The notes beneath the pieces are model-generated. The model worked only from the letters and a program-made list of their open reading frames with translations. It was not told where the DNA came from and did not search any database. A DNA stretch of 64,000 nt from Octopus vulgaris (Eukaryota): NCBI GenBank assembly GCA_951406725.2, contig OX597820.1, positions 125,550,001-125,614,000 on the forward strand, in the 5' to 3' direction. Shown here piece after piece: positions 53,650 through 64,000 of the stretch (positions are counted from its first letter, which is position 1; every line of letters starts with the position of its first letter). The position numbers and the translations under genes are program-made.

Positions 53650-54225
53650 ATCGTGCTTTCATTGCACTACCGAGCGCAGCTCAGTGTGCCTTGGGTATGT
53701 GCTGTGGTTTGTTGTGATTTCTCTTATGGTTACTGTATTGAAAGTGTCTTACGTAGGATGTGTACGGTGAGTAGTAGTGCTATTTTTTGTAGGTGATATA
53801 TACTTGTAAATCCTGGTGTTTTTGTAATGCAAGTGACAGGATGTTATTTTACCATACCTAATGCGCCTACAATGGTAGGAATTGTTTCTGTTTTTAGTCT
53901 CTATATTTGCGTTACCGATATTTGCAGAAATTTGTATTTTGAAAGTTTCACTGTTTCTTTTAGATACATATTGTCATCTCTTAGCATTGATACAGCGATT
54001 AGAAAGCACTTCTTCTTGATGATTTCTGACAATTATATCCGTCCTGCTAGCCTTAATGTCTCCATCTGTGTGTATTGGTATATCCCAGAGTATAATTACT
54101 TTCTCATTTTCTGTGACCTTTTCTGGCTTGTGTTTTCTGTTGTTATTCCATAGTGTTTGCAGAGCTTCCAGTATATATAAGTGCGAACTCTGTCGTTCGC
54201 TGTATCGTCTAACTGTCCGGATGTT
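53650..54225 (-). mobile_element. R4/Dong-like non-LTR retrotransposon 3' fragment (restriction-like endonuclease)
   Basis: Minus strand: YIYWKLCKHYG...HKPEKVTENEKVIILWDIPIHTDGDIKASRTDIIV (RPD motif)...CFLIAVS...KLSKYK...TIPTIVGALGMV...LQKIALLLTVHILRKTLS. Confidence 0.85.
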
Positions 54226-54321
54226 TTTTTGTCGCCTGTTACGTGCGTCTTACATTTTTTAATTTTTATTTTTTCCTATGTATAAATATAGGGATATACG
54301 TATACTTTTATTCTTCTATAA

Positions 54322-54428
<107 letters not shown>

Positions 54429-54574
54429 AATATAATATAGGATAAAATGTTTCGAAAAAATTATATCAACGGCCAGCATAATTTATAAGTAAGGGAAAAA
54501 GAAAAAGATTCTAATGTCATTTTGGCATTAGAAATTTTGTCTTTTGCCCTTACTTATAAATTGTTTATATATAT

Positions 54575-54652
<78 letters not shown>

Positions 54653-54726
54653 TAATCCCTCGACTATCGTGGGTGTCACATTCCTAAACCTACCGCGAGA
54701 GGTGAACCGCGATATGGAGAGGGATT

Positions 54727-54791
<65 letters not shown>

Positions 54792-54797
54792 ATGTGT

Positions 54798-54831
<34 letters not shown>

Positions 54832-56007
54832 CTGTATTTGGTTGTATGTGTGTATATACCTATATTTACACACCAATACATGTATATATAAGTATACATA
54901 CAAATATATATATGCGTGTGTGTATATATGTATGTATGTACGTGTGTGTATGTATGTATTTTTCATGTATGTAAGCATATGTGTATACATGCATGTCTGT
55001 ATGTATGTGTTTTTGTGAGGTTCACGTAGAACAAATGTTAACCTTTTGTGAATTGGTTTTTGGAATTCCGTTTCTTTCTCAGTTGAAAACAATGTAAGCA
55101 CAAAGTACATTTACAGTAACCATCAGAAAGAATCATCTACAAATTTAACTTGCATTGATGTTTTTGTTTCGGTAATCCTTTAAATTACTATAGAGGGACA
55201 CATACTCTTCCGATGAACTGCATTGTTATTGTGGTTTAGCTGAAGAAAGTTCAATCTTCTGCCCCAAAATACATTTGAAATGGATCGTCGGCCTGTTAGC
55301 TTGAGTAATTAAAATATACTATTCCAGAATTTTATAATAAAATATGATATACAGATAGTAAATTTCACTGTCTAAAAAATGGAATTTTCACTGTTGAAAC
55401 GCTATTACACGCAGTGCATTCTAGAAAACTTTCTTTTATTACAAAATATGATCATGGAAATCCAATTGTCACAAGGGCGGGAATATGTGCGAAACCGATA
55501 ATTTATAGTCTTTCAAAAATGGTGTTCCAATGTAGTGATTACTGGCAATCACTGAATAAATGTCCGTCTTCGAAGAAGCGAATTTGGACACCAAGGTGGT
55601 GCTCCAGCATAGCCTTAGTCAATTGAATGAAACAAGTAAAAGATTAAAAGGAATGAAATGTGTATTTTGAGGAGAACATAGTAAGCACAGTATATAATTG
55701 CATATTGAAACCTTTTTGCTATACAACGGTGGAAAAGTCAGTACAACTTTAAATATAATCGTATGTTTCAGAACGATATTTTAGATTATATATAACTTAT
55801 CATTATAATATAAAAAATTAAATATGATACCAATGTCGAAGATAGCGCACTCAGACACATAAAAAGAAAAAAAATCAAACACAACACGCATAAAATCAGA
55901 ATGATATATACTTTATTCCTTCTGGTGCAAAACATGGAGAGTTTTTTTTCTGTATCTACGAATATACAGGTGTATCAAAATAGCAAAACACTGTGAATGT
56001 AACTATG

Positions 56008-56071
<64 letters not shown>

Positions 56072-56151
56072 TAAAACGGTAAGATAACAAAAGAAAGAAA
56101 GAGACCTCAATATTACGTAAATAGAGGAAATTTATCTATAAAATAATATGT

Positions 56152-56291
56152 TACATTACTCGATAGTCAAGATAAAACTCTGAGTTTCAGATGCCGATGT
56201 GGGAATAGCCAGATAACCGAAGAGATGGCGTTGTGGATTCCCACTTCGGCATCTGAAACTCAGAGTTTTATCTTGACTATCGAGTAATGTA
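56152..56291. repeat. 55-bp inverted repeat (1 mismatch) with 30-nt loop inside a probable Penelope-like remnant
   Basis: 56152-56206 tacattactcgatagtcaagataaaactctgagtttcagatgccgatgtgggaat is the reverse complement of 56237-56291. Confidence 0.92.
56211..56273 (+). ncRNA. hammerhead ribozyme-like motif (variant core)
   Basis: AGAUAA CCGAAGA GAUG-G-CG-UU-GUGG-AUUC-CCAC-UU-CG-G-CAUC U GAAA CUC-A-GAG UU^ UUAUCU. 6-bp stem I, U4C core variant, symmetric stem II plus one extra U, near-palindromic stem III. Confidence 0.6.
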
Positions 56292-56293
56292 TA

Positions 56294-56358
<65 letters not shown>

Positions 56359-57509
56359 TATATATATTTATATAAATAAGGATGATCTTTAATATAAAAT
56401 AAAATTACGATTTTATCAAGTGGCCAGCATGGTAAAAATAACCTTCGAAGGTAATCTCTCTATATATCAAACTAAGAATGTGTGTATGTCTCTCTGTCTG
56501 TCTGTTTCCCTAAAACCTGAGAACTACACAACCAATTTCATTCAAAGTTTACACATGCCTTACTTAAGGTCCGGGGAGTGTCATCGGCAAAAGAAATGTT
56601 AACTTTTTCCCTAGGGTAACCCCACAGCAATATCATATCTTCTCCACTAGTTCAGTATTACGTGTTAAAAGTGAAACAAAAACATCTCTCTATTGTAATG
56701 CACACACTTTCATTTTAATACTGAAACTATTAAAATGAAAGTATTATATAACAGGGACGAGCCATTAATAGTGGTCCTTCTTTTTGCTAGAAGACGATCC
56801 GCTATGGTCATATATATGCTACACCACTAGTTTTCAATTCATATTAATCAAATTGATATTCAATTTTTCACCCTTATTATATGTGTGTGTGTGTGTGTGT
56901 GTGCGTGTATTAGCAATTCGTATAAAATTGCATCAATGACTTGAACTTGAATAAGTGGTTTCACATAAATGGGGATACATTAAAAAGGTTTGTTGTTATT
57001 ATTGTTACTGTTTGACTATTGTAATCACGTTTGTTGGTTCTTCGTCAGGGAAACGTTGTTGTGTTGCATTTGTTAAATAATTGTAAACCATAACCCTCCC
57101 CCTTTCGGAGAAGGGGCTTTGGTAATTGTTTAAAAATTGAATTGTGTCCCTGTTTGGGGAAATTGACAATATTTTCACCGTCTTTACGGAAGCATTTTTG
57201 TTAAAATGCCTTCGATAGAAGGAAGTCCAATAATGAATTTCGCTGCAGCCGTACACTTCTTTACAAGAGGGAGGACAAGATCCAGTTGATAGAAATTGCA
57301 AGAGACGGGCCTACAATTCCAGTCTGTTATATATTTTCAGTATTGTTATCACTAACGATATCAAGATATAACTTTGTATTTTGTATTTTATGTGTAGATA
57401 TATGTATATAGATGTACATGTAATATGTACACATATATATACACATATATACATGCATAATATATCTACCCATACACACATACGCACACACACACACACA
57501 TACATATGG

Positions 57510-57640
57510 GCAGTTGTGGCTGTGTGGTAACAAACTACGTTCCAAACACATGGTCCTGGGTTCAGTCCCACTGTGTGGTGACTTGGTGTGTGTCTTCTGA
57601 TGTAGCCTCAGTCTAGCAAAAGCCTTCTCAGTGGATTTTG
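57510..57640 (+). mobile_element. SINE 5' part (internal-microsatellite family) inside the Helitron
   Basis: gtggctgtgtggtaa...acacatggtcctgggttcagtcccactgtgtgg...aagccttctcagtggattttgta. Confidence 0.75.
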
Positions 57641-57659
57641 TACATATATACAGCCATAA

Positions 57660-57722
<63 letters not shown>

Positions 57723-59966
57723 TACGTGGGACGGTACATAAGTAGCAACGAGGCTTTCTGGCGCATCTTTGGCTTTCCAATTCACCAACGACGCCCCACC
57801 ATTCAACAGCTTTCAATGCACCTGGAAAATGGTTAAAGAGTGTACTTCACCGATGTTAATGCTTCTCTGTTGGCAGAGGAAGCAAGGGATAGCACACTCA
57901 CTGTATACTTCAAGCTTTGTCGAGTGGATCCATTCGCTCAAACCTTGCTGTATCCACAGATTCCATCGTACTACACTTGGAAAAAATTAGCCCCACGGAA
58001 AGCAGGTCAAAATGTTCATGGATACCCTGGCATTAAGTTTCACACGTGCCTTGGGCGAGTATACACAGTGCATCCCACTCAACAAGAGTGCTTCTACCTT
58101 CGTCTACTACTGAGGTCAGAGGGACAACGTCTTTCCAGGCCCTAACCGTTCATGGACATGTCTGCACAACGTACAGAAAAGCCTGCTATCGACAAGGTCT
58201 GTTAGAAGATGGTGCACAATAGGATGCAACTTTAGGAGAGGCTGCTTTATCACAATCACTTAAAAGTCTCAGGGCACTATTTTCAGTATTACTACAGGCA
58301 TGCGAACTGTGTGATCCGGCCACTCTATGGCTCAAATATAGAGACTACCTGGCTGAAGACTTTCAGCACCAAGCTCAACTGCTCTATCCTGACATGGAGG
58401 GTATCAGCAATGAAATCTATAACAAAACACTCATTGACATTGAAGACAGATTTGCTAAACTTGGTGGAAATGAATTGTCGACGTATGGCCTGGCACAGAC
58501 ATTCAGGTCAGTGTCAAATAGCCTTCCCACTGCTGTCATTCGTTAAACAACCTACGACACTCAAGCGCTTTCAAAGTACATTGCTGAAAATTAGCCTAAA
58601 TTACTTCCGGACCAGCTGCAGGCCTACAGATCTATTCTTAACAGTGTACGCCAACGCGAGAGACGAATCTTCTTCCTCGATGCTCCTGGAGGGACAGGAA
58701 AGACATTTATTACAAATCTCCTCCTAGCAGAAGTTAGGCAGCATCAGGATATTGCAGTAGCTGTAGCCTCCTCTGGCATTGCAGCTACTTTGTTACCCGG
58801 TGGTAGGACAGTACACTCAACTTTTAAACTCCCTCTCAATTTCGCAGCATCCGAAATGCCTTCATGTAACATCAACAAAAGCTCAGATCAGGGACAAGTA
58901 CGTAAAATGTGTCATCTAATTGTCTGGGATGAGTGCACTATGGCTCACAAAGGAGCTTTGGAAGCATTAGATAGAGCCCTGATAGACATCCGAGACTTTC
59001 AGGCTCCAATGGGAGGTGTAACGCTTCTGTTGTTAGGTGATTTCAGGCAAATTCTTCCTGTCATTCCGAAAGGCACTAGAGCAGATGAAGTCCAAGCATA
59101 CCTAAAGTCATCTACCTTGTGGCATCATGTTACAATCCTCAGTCTCACCACTAACATGAGAGCTCAGCTACACGGCGACGAAATGTCCACAAAGTTTGCA
59201 CAGGACATTTTGGCACTTGGTGAAGGCAAGATGCCTCTCGATACTGCAGGACAAATGGAAGTGTGGTCATTTTCCTCTGTTGTTAATGCTGTAGATGACC
59301 TCAAAAACAAAGTCTTTCCCAACTTCACACAAAACTACCAAAATCACAATTGGCTGTGTGAAAGAGCAATATTAGCTCCAAAAAACGTCGCTGCTAACAA
59401 AATTAATCAACAGCTAATGCATTCTCTTCCCGGCACTATACACACTTACAAGTCTGTTGATACAATTCCAGATATAAATGAAGTTGTGAACTATCCTCCT
59501 GAATTTCTCAATTCACTGGAGCCTCCTGGACCACCTCCACACATATTTGCACTTAAAGTTGGAACTCCTGTAATGCTACTCCGCAATCTGGAACCAACAA
59601 GACTTTGCAATGGAACACGACTGGTGATAATGAAAATGATGTCACACGTTATCGAGGCGATCATTCTTTCTGGATGTGGAAAAGGTGATGACGTCTTTAT
59701 TCCAAGAATTCCTTTTACTCCATCAGGAGCAGAAATTCCATCTACATTCAGAAGACTGCAAATTCCCCCTTCGTGTCAGCTTTGCCATGTCCATTAACAA
59801 ATCTCAGGGTCAAGCCCTCTCTATAGCTGGTCTTCTCTTGGAAGAGTCCTGCTTCTCGCATGGGCAACTGTATGTTGGCTGCTCAAGAGTAGGAACCAAA
59901 AGAAACCTTTTTGTATATGCTCCATAAGGAAAAACAAGGAACATTGTTTACAACGAGGTGTTATAA
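57723..59966 (+). pseudogene. Helitron RepHel pseudogene (post-Rep linker plus Pif1-family SF1B helicase)
   Basis: GRYISSNEAFWRIFGF, LGRVYTVHP..ECFYLRLLL, FLDAPGGTGKTF (Walker A), ASSGIAATLLPGGRTVHSTFKLP, WDECTM, GDFRQILPV, LLRNL...LCNGTRL, FAMSINKSQGQ, HGQLYVGCSRV. Several stops and frameshifts; the HUH Rep core is absent. Confidence 0.95.
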
Positions 59967-60041
59967 TCTCAACAGCCAGGAGGTATATACATGATCCCCT
60001 TTTTTTTAACAAACTTTATGTACTTTCATGTATTTATATTA

Positions 60042-60102
<61 letters not shown>

Positions 60103-61989
60103 CGTGTGTGTGTATCCATATATATATAACAGAAAAGTCTAATTCTTCAATTGAATGTAACCGGGCAACGCCGGGTATCTCTGCTAGTAATTATTAAAAT
60201 TATAAATTAGGGTACCTACGAGATACCACCATGCTGAAAATAGCAATCATTATCTGACTCTAAAACCTCCTTAATTTTCTATATAGCAACACGGAGAGAA
60301 GACAAAGAGACAAGATGAAACTAGTAAAACATTACTCGATAATTTCTCAGCCTGGGTACTTATTCCATCGGTCTTTGTTTTCGCGATTTAGTAGCAGTAA
60401 ATATTTGTAGCTTGGTTGAAGTGTTCACAACCCCGCTCAGCTTCTTGTTCTGGCTGGTTGATAGGGAAGACAATTTGTCACTGAATCCCAAAAGAACTCA
60501 ATAAGTCTCCGCAACAACAATATATCTGTACCTCGTGGAGGGCTTCTGATATATCGTCAGTTTCCCAAACCTCTGTCATCCGGATTAAACTATAAGCAAT
60601 ATCTATATTGTTCTTGAATATCCATTATGTTCAGGAAACAGTTTTTCTTTTCTTTTTTGAGCGTATATATGAATGCCTGTTGCTACGCATATCTTATGTA
60701 CAGGGTAGTAATTCACTCTAGAAATTGAATTTTATATATTTCTGCAATTCCTCACCAAATCTTTCCTAACATCAAATCAGGAACCCATACAAAATTACAC
60801 ATAAGTGATGTGTCTCAATCTAATATATTAAGAAGTAACGTGTATGTGTGTGTATTTGTGTATTTACGTGTATATATGTGTATGTGTGTGTGTGTGTGTG
60901 TGTAACGCGTGTATGTGTATGTTTGAAATTGCGTGTCCGTGGTAATGTATTAAATTGTAACTCTATGTGTGTTCATTCACGCATGTATAAATGTGAGTGT
61001 TTGCTTGCAACCATTTATTACTTGGTTGAGGAATACAGGTTTGTGAGTTTGGTGCACTCTTACTTCAATGACTCGTGAGATTTTACAAAACTTGTCAATC
61101 CGATTCCATTTGCCGTAAAGGAAATGAAAGTCCATAAAATTTTTCTGAAAATGATTTCGATGTTAATATTTTTGCAATGCATTAACATATCTGTACTCTT
61201 TTTATTTTAATTATTCTATTTTGCCATAATGCGTTATTGAAACCGTTCGATTCCATTCAATAAAACATAATAGCCTAGTATGGTGAAACTTCGTTCCCTT
61301 GGCACAGGATTCAATAAAGTCTGTGTTTGCCAACAACGAATACCCATCGTTTTTCAGTATGGAAGATATTTGTTATAAAAGCCAATGGTATTATATTTCG
61401 CTCCTTCCATTTCATATGCTAACATGTCATGTAGTACCAGTGGTATGCACAGAAAAACAATATTTTTCTCTTCTGCCGTGTCATTCACAAGAATGTAATC
61501 AATACATTTTTATCTCTTCCTCTTACAATTTTTATATTTTTCATTTCTGATTTTCACTATCATTTTTCGCTGATGGTTTTGCTTCATGATTCAAGGTCCA
61601 CCGCCTACCCTCAATCCTTATCTTAGTCATGATCACCATCATCATTTATATGTTTTAAATGTTTTCTTCTAATATTTATCGCCGTTTCCTCGAGATGAAT
61701 CCTGCTAAAGTGTTTCCTTAAATGTGAAAACATAGCATTGGTTACTCGTCACAATAGAGAGTAAACACTGTGCAATTACAATATCAACATACACGATCCT
61801 CGTAATGTTCATATCTTTAAAGCATAGCTAGCCACCAGTAACTATTCTCAGCGTGATGCACTGAATAATTAATTGTAGGAGAGGAAAGATATGAACACGA
61901 CGAGAGATATGAGGTACTAAAACTTAAAACGTTCTCCTTATCAAGCCGAATATGATTTAATTTGATTATTGCTTAGAATGGAGGAAAGA

Positions 61990-62150
61990 GGTGAGGTGTC
62001 AGAATTGCTACCACCTAAATACAATTTCTGCGGAGGTCTATTTGTCATTCATTCTTTCGAGTCGACATATTATATGCCCATAGAGTACTGGGGTCGAATC
62101 GACTTATCTCCTCACCTAAAATTGCTGGCCTTGTGCCAATATTTGAAACT
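61990..62150 (+). mobile_element. degenerate Deu/Nin-type SINE
   Basis: cggaggtctatttgtcattcattctttcgagtcga...gagtactggggtcga...aaattgctggccttgtgccaatatttgaaac. Confidence 0.7.
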
Positions 62151-62291
62151 ATTATTACGTTGAGTGGGAAACATTTTTCTTTGAATAATTGCGATGAGTG
62201 TCAATGTGCTGAATTAAAAAACACAAAAAGTATTGAAAGATGACAAACAATCGGCCCACCGACGGCTATCGAGTTGGCTAGCTAAATTTCT

Positions 62292-62335
<44 letters not shown>

Positions 62336-63613
62336 AAGGTCCGTTTCTGCATGCATATATAACTACATAGGAGTGCAGTGGAAAATATTCACAAGAGCAA
62401 TGTGACACTACTGTAGTTGGAGTAGGAAAGGAGATGCAAAAGTGCTCAGCCTCATTTTAACGCAGAAATATACTAAATGACTAACACAAGGAAAAAGCAA
62501 GTAGAAATTATATCTTTAGAGTACAAGTTAAACGCAACTAAAGCTCGAAGAAGAAGTTCAGTCAAATGGAAACATATAAGTTATAAATGAAGTGTGATAT
62601 TTTAGATTATTTTGTCTTTAGATATCCGTACAAAACGTTATAATCATCATGGAATACATTTGATCAGCGTATTTTAGATTTAAAACAACTACAACTATAG
62701 CCAAGAGAGAGAAAATTCTTTGTGGAATGTTCCATTCGTATCAACTTGTATACTGATTACTTGAGGTAAGTGATGAAGTACTGAATGGTATAAATCGCTC
62801 GGCAAGTGATAGGTAAAAGTTGAGGAGATTCATTTGTTAAAATCAGAAAAAGATATATTTTCATATTCAGGAAAACAATGAGTCTTTCTCTATAACATCT
62901 CAGAGAAGAAATTTTGATTAGGTGCTATACCTGAAAGGTTTTCAATTTGCATAACTACAATCAGCGTATCAATGTAAAGAAATTGGGCAATTGCACACAC
63001 TTTGATAATTCAGGTAGTTCCTTATATTTTGAATCATGTATATAAAGAAAGCTAAACACAAGGAAATTTCTATTGTTAAGCAGTGCAATAACAGAAAAAA
63101 AATATAGCGGCTAACATTAACAAACATCAATACGAAATGCGATGAAATTACGATTAATTTAAGGTTGAATTCAATTTTCATGCGTAAGGAGAAAACATCA
63201 TGTCTCCTGATGAAAACAGATTGATTGCAAAAGAATATTTATGTAACTTTAGAACTGATGAACAGAACATGAGTTAACAAGGTTTTCTAAGATAAGTGGA
63301 AATTGATATTTACAAAGAGAATAATAGAGCGAATAGTTTCGCAAGCGTAATTTCAATAATTAGAAGAATAAGTTTGACAACAGCATACAAGTAGAGGGGG
63401 GCAGTTAACATGTTGTGGACCTTAATATAATTTATATGATTCATATAACTTATACGGGCCACTCTATGCTTCATTCAGATGGATAAATATATAGGTGCAT
63501 TTATATACAATTTTTTTATGTGTGTGTGTGTTCATACATTTGCTACTAAAGAGTGAGAGCAAGATATATATTGATACATACATACATAAATACATACATG
63601 CATACATACATAC

Positions 63614-63652
<39 letters not shown>

Positions 63653-63686
63653 AAGAAAGAGAGAGATGTATATATACACACATATA

Positions 63687-63721
<35 letters not shown>

Positions 63722-64000
63722 TTGTATGTATTCTCAATAATTGTTGAGATATTTCTTCCTCAACAAGAAAGCGTTTGTAGACTTATAACACACAAATAAA
63801 CGTTTAACCCCCGCTGCAATTTTGAACACTCATTCTCACTATTCGATATTAGCATACATACATACATACATGCATACATACATAGATACATACATACATA
63901 CATACATACATACATACATACATACATACATACATACATACATACATACATACATACGTATATTTATATGTGTGTGTAGGTATGTATGTATATATGTACG

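Larger units (their letters stand above)
56455..60187 (+). mobile_element. Helitron with both termini (internally deleted, non-autonomous)
   Basis: 5' A|TCTCTCTATATAT; 3' hairpin ccgggcaacgccggg (60161-60175), then CTAG|T at 60184-60188. AT target, no TSD. Contains a RepHel remnant. Confidence 0.85.

Overview
AT-rich eukaryotic DNA saturated with (TA)n/(CA)n/(ATCT)n microsatellites. The SINE and DNA-transposon families look like those of octopod cephalopods; this is inferred from recall of the families, not from a search. Nearly all ORFs in the supplied track are microsatellite artefacts. Real content: (1) several tRNA-derived SINE families (Deu/Nin-domain type, Meta/V-type, one with an internal microsatellite); (2) LINE relics of the CR1/L2, RTE and R4/Dong-like RLE types; (3) Tc1 and mariner relics and MITEs; (4) a Helitron with both termini and a decayed Rep/Pif1 helicase (56455-60187); (5) short phase-compatible + strand exons, missed by the ORF track, encoding a tyrosine-motif-rich acidic C-terminal tail; (6) four inverted-repeat (foldback) structures, two with clear type I hammerhead ribozyme motifs and a third with a possible decayed one, plus a stand-alone hammerhead-like motif at 36386-36467. 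The most striking locus has two intact hammerheads of opposite polarity at 30998-31056 (-) and 31801-31860 (+), in and beside an ~815-bp palindrome. All folding and translation was done by eye, and repeat boundaries are approximate.
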